A stretch of DNA of 64,000 nt, taken from assembly GCA_051313645.2 (NCBI GenBank), contig JBNRSN020000012.1, positions 11,718,001 through 11,782,000 of the forward strand, in the 5' to 3' direction. The DNA is from Centroscyllium fabricii (lineage: Eukaryota). Under the pieces are notes generated by a model. It was given only the letters and a program-made list of their open reading frames with translations. It had not been told where the DNA came from and did not search any database. Numbering within the stretch: the stretch's first letter is position 1; each line of letters opens with the position of its first letter. Positions 61,845 through 64,000 of the stretch are shown piece by piece. Position numbers and translations under genes: made by a program.

Positions 61845-62530
61845 ACATAAGAATTAGGATCAGGGGTAGGCCATTCGGCCCCTCGAGCCTGCTCCGCCAT
61901 TCAATGAGATCATGGCTGTTCCCCATCTCCACTTTCCTGCACTATCCCCATATCCCTCGATTCCCTTCATATTCAAAAATCTATCGATCTCTGTCTTGAA
62001 TATAATCAACGACTGAGCCTCCACAGCCCTCTGGGGTAGAGAATTCCAAAGATTCACCACCCTCTGTGTGAAGAGATTCCTCCTCATCTCAGTCCTAAAT
62101 GGCCGACCCCTTATTCTGAGACTGTGACCCCTGGTTCTAGACTCCCCAGCCAGGGGAAACATAGAAACATAGAAGATAGGAGCAGGAGTAGGCCATTTGG
62201 CCCTTCGAGCCTGCTCCACCATTCAATGAGATCATGGCTGATCATCCAAACCCAGCACCCCACCCATACCCTCTCCCCATATCCCTCGCTCCCTATCGAG
62301 CCTGCACCGACACATATCCCACCCTATCCCCGTAACCCCACATATTTAATCCCCCTAACACTAAGGGTCAATTTATCCTGGCCAATCAACCTAACCCGCA
62401 CATCTTTGGACTGTGGGAGGAAACCGGAGCAACCGGAGGAAACCCACCCTGCATCTACCCTGTCAATCCCTCCAAGTATTTTAGGTTTCAATGAGATCAC
62501 CTCTCATTCTTCTAAATTCCAGAGAATATA
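61845..62530 (-). mobile_element. CR1 3' end with nested partial V-SINE (about 62158-62447)
   Basis: ESRTRGHSLRIRGRPFRTEMRRNLFTQRVVNLWNSLP. Confidence 0.8.
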
Positions 62531-62639
62531 TGCAATGGGCTTTCATTGTTTTTTTTTAAAATCCATTCCGATTTTCTCGTCTCAACTCCTGAAGGCAGCG
62601 AGTCACCCACTGCCACATCACCCACTGCCACATCACCCA

Positions 62640-63611
62640 CGTTTTCCAACTGCGATTCTACATCCTGAGAGCCGGCAGGCTGTTCGACCCCAGCGAGCCA
62701 ACAAGAGCGCACACCCCACCAGCCTCCACATTCAACGGATCATCCTCCGACATTTCGCCACCTCCAACGTGATCCCACCACCAAACACATCTTCCCCTCA
62801 CCTCCCCTTTCAGCATTCCGCAGGGACCGATCCCTCCGCGACACCCTGGTCCACTCATTTATCACCCCCAACACCCTTTCCCCTTCGCCCGGCACCTTCC
62901 TGTGCAAGCGCAGGAGATGCAACACCTGCCCTTTTACCTCCCCCACTTCCCACTATCCTGGGCCCCAAACACTCCTTCCAGGTGAAACAGCGATTTACTT
63001 GTACTTCTTGCAATCTAATATACTGTATTCGCTGCTCACGATGTGGTCTCCTCTAAACTGGGGAGACCAAACGCAGATTGGTTGACCGCTTTACGGAACA
63101 CCTCCGTTCAGTCCGTAAGGGGGACCCCGAGCTTCCAGTAGCCTGTCACTTTAATTCTCCGCTCCACTCCCACGCATTCCTCACTGACTTCGGCCTCCTG
63201 CATTGTTCCAATGAAGCTCAGCGTGAGCTCGAGGAACAGCACCTCATCTTTCGATTAGGCACTTTACAGCCTTCTGGATTCAGCATCGAGTTCAACAGTT
63301 TCAAATCATAACCTCGGCCCCTATCATTTTTTTCTCTCTATTGCATGACAGCTGTCAATCATTCTGCCATTGCCATTTACACTTCATCTAGAGTCATCAT
63401 TTGTTTCTCAACTTCTCCCATTTCCATCTCCTTTTGCCTCGCACCATCATCCCTTTTGTCTCCTAATCTCTCCGGCCTTCCATCCTATCACAGACCTTCC
63501 CGTTTGTCCTTCCCTCCCCTCCCCCCTTTCCCGGCCCCTGCACTTGCTTAAGAGCCTGTTCCATCTCCAGCTTTTTCCAGTTGTGATGAAGGGTCATCCA
63601 CCTGAAACGTT
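62640..63611 (+). mobile_element. Penelope-like element remnant (family 2): GIY-YIG region plus pLTR
   Basis: FTCTSCNLIYCIRCSRCGLL*TGETKRRLVDRFTEHLRSV; degenerate hammerhead GTGATGA-AGGGTCATCCACCT-GAAA-CGTT at 63579-63611. Confidence 0.8.
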
Positions 63612-63850
63612 GGGGGTGAATTTCATCTGGCCGTGAGGCGGGGTTTTGGGCGGCCTGGCCGGCAAAATAGCAGGAGCCGCGGGTCCCGCCCCCGCCGCCG
63701 CTTTCTCATTTTCCCCCGCCCAAATTTCGCGCCCCGTAACCTTCCCGCCGCCGGCCGGCGGGGATAGGTTGTCACCTCGTTAAGGGCCCTTAATTGGCAT
63801 CTTTAAAGCCATTTTATGGGCCCTCAGCCATTTTGCCCCGTTTCCCACCC
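63612..63850 (+). mobile_element. Possible left end of a GC-rich DNA transposon
   Basis: Abruptly interrupts the Penelope tail; starts GGGGGTGAATTTC and is CpG-rich; the other end is not in the window. Confidence 0.35.
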
Positions 63851-64000
63851 TAACCCCGTCACCTTAAACCCCGCTGGGTGAAACCCAGCAGGAGCACAGC
63901 GCTGGTTATTACTTTCTCCTTAAAGGTGTGATGGACATGCTGTCAAATGCTTGGCATGCCTCCAGCACCTTAGAGGAGTAAGTAACTCCGTTCTGTCTGC

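Noticed and set aside
62124-63056. 310-aa ORF
   Set aside because: Chance read-through of antisense CR1/SINE sequence into a frameshifted Penelope remnant

Overview
Repeat-saturated vertebrate genomic DNA, almost certainly from a cartilaginous fish (shark-type HE1/V-SINEs, Deu-domain SINEs, CR1, L2, Rex1/Babar and Penelope elements). No prokaryotic features and no recognisable host protein-coding gene; only a few candidate minus-strand exons. Nearly all listed ORFs are pieces of retroelements or translations of tandem repeats. Best-supported structures: (1) a 3.3-kb PIF/Harbinger transposon (53835-57161; 21-bp perfect TIRs, ATA target duplication) with an apparently intact two-exon 429-aa DDE transposase, no visible Myb/SANT partner gene, and a 753-bp MITE of its own family nested in its right arm; (2) Penelope-like elements carrying minimal hammerhead-ribozyme motifs, including a 220-bp fold-back mini-element with a 13-bp TSD; (3) a 5S-rRNA-derived SINE with a Rex1-like tail; (4) Tc1/mariner-type MITEs with internal CpG-rich arrays, one made of YY1-like and NRF1-like motifs; (5) short solo-LTR-like insertions with 5-bp TSDs; (6) a 5.7-kb 42/44-bp satellite and three minisatellites seeded inside a SINE, a CR1 and an L2. 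All family assignments come from motif recognition, not database searches, and many fragment boundaries are approximate.
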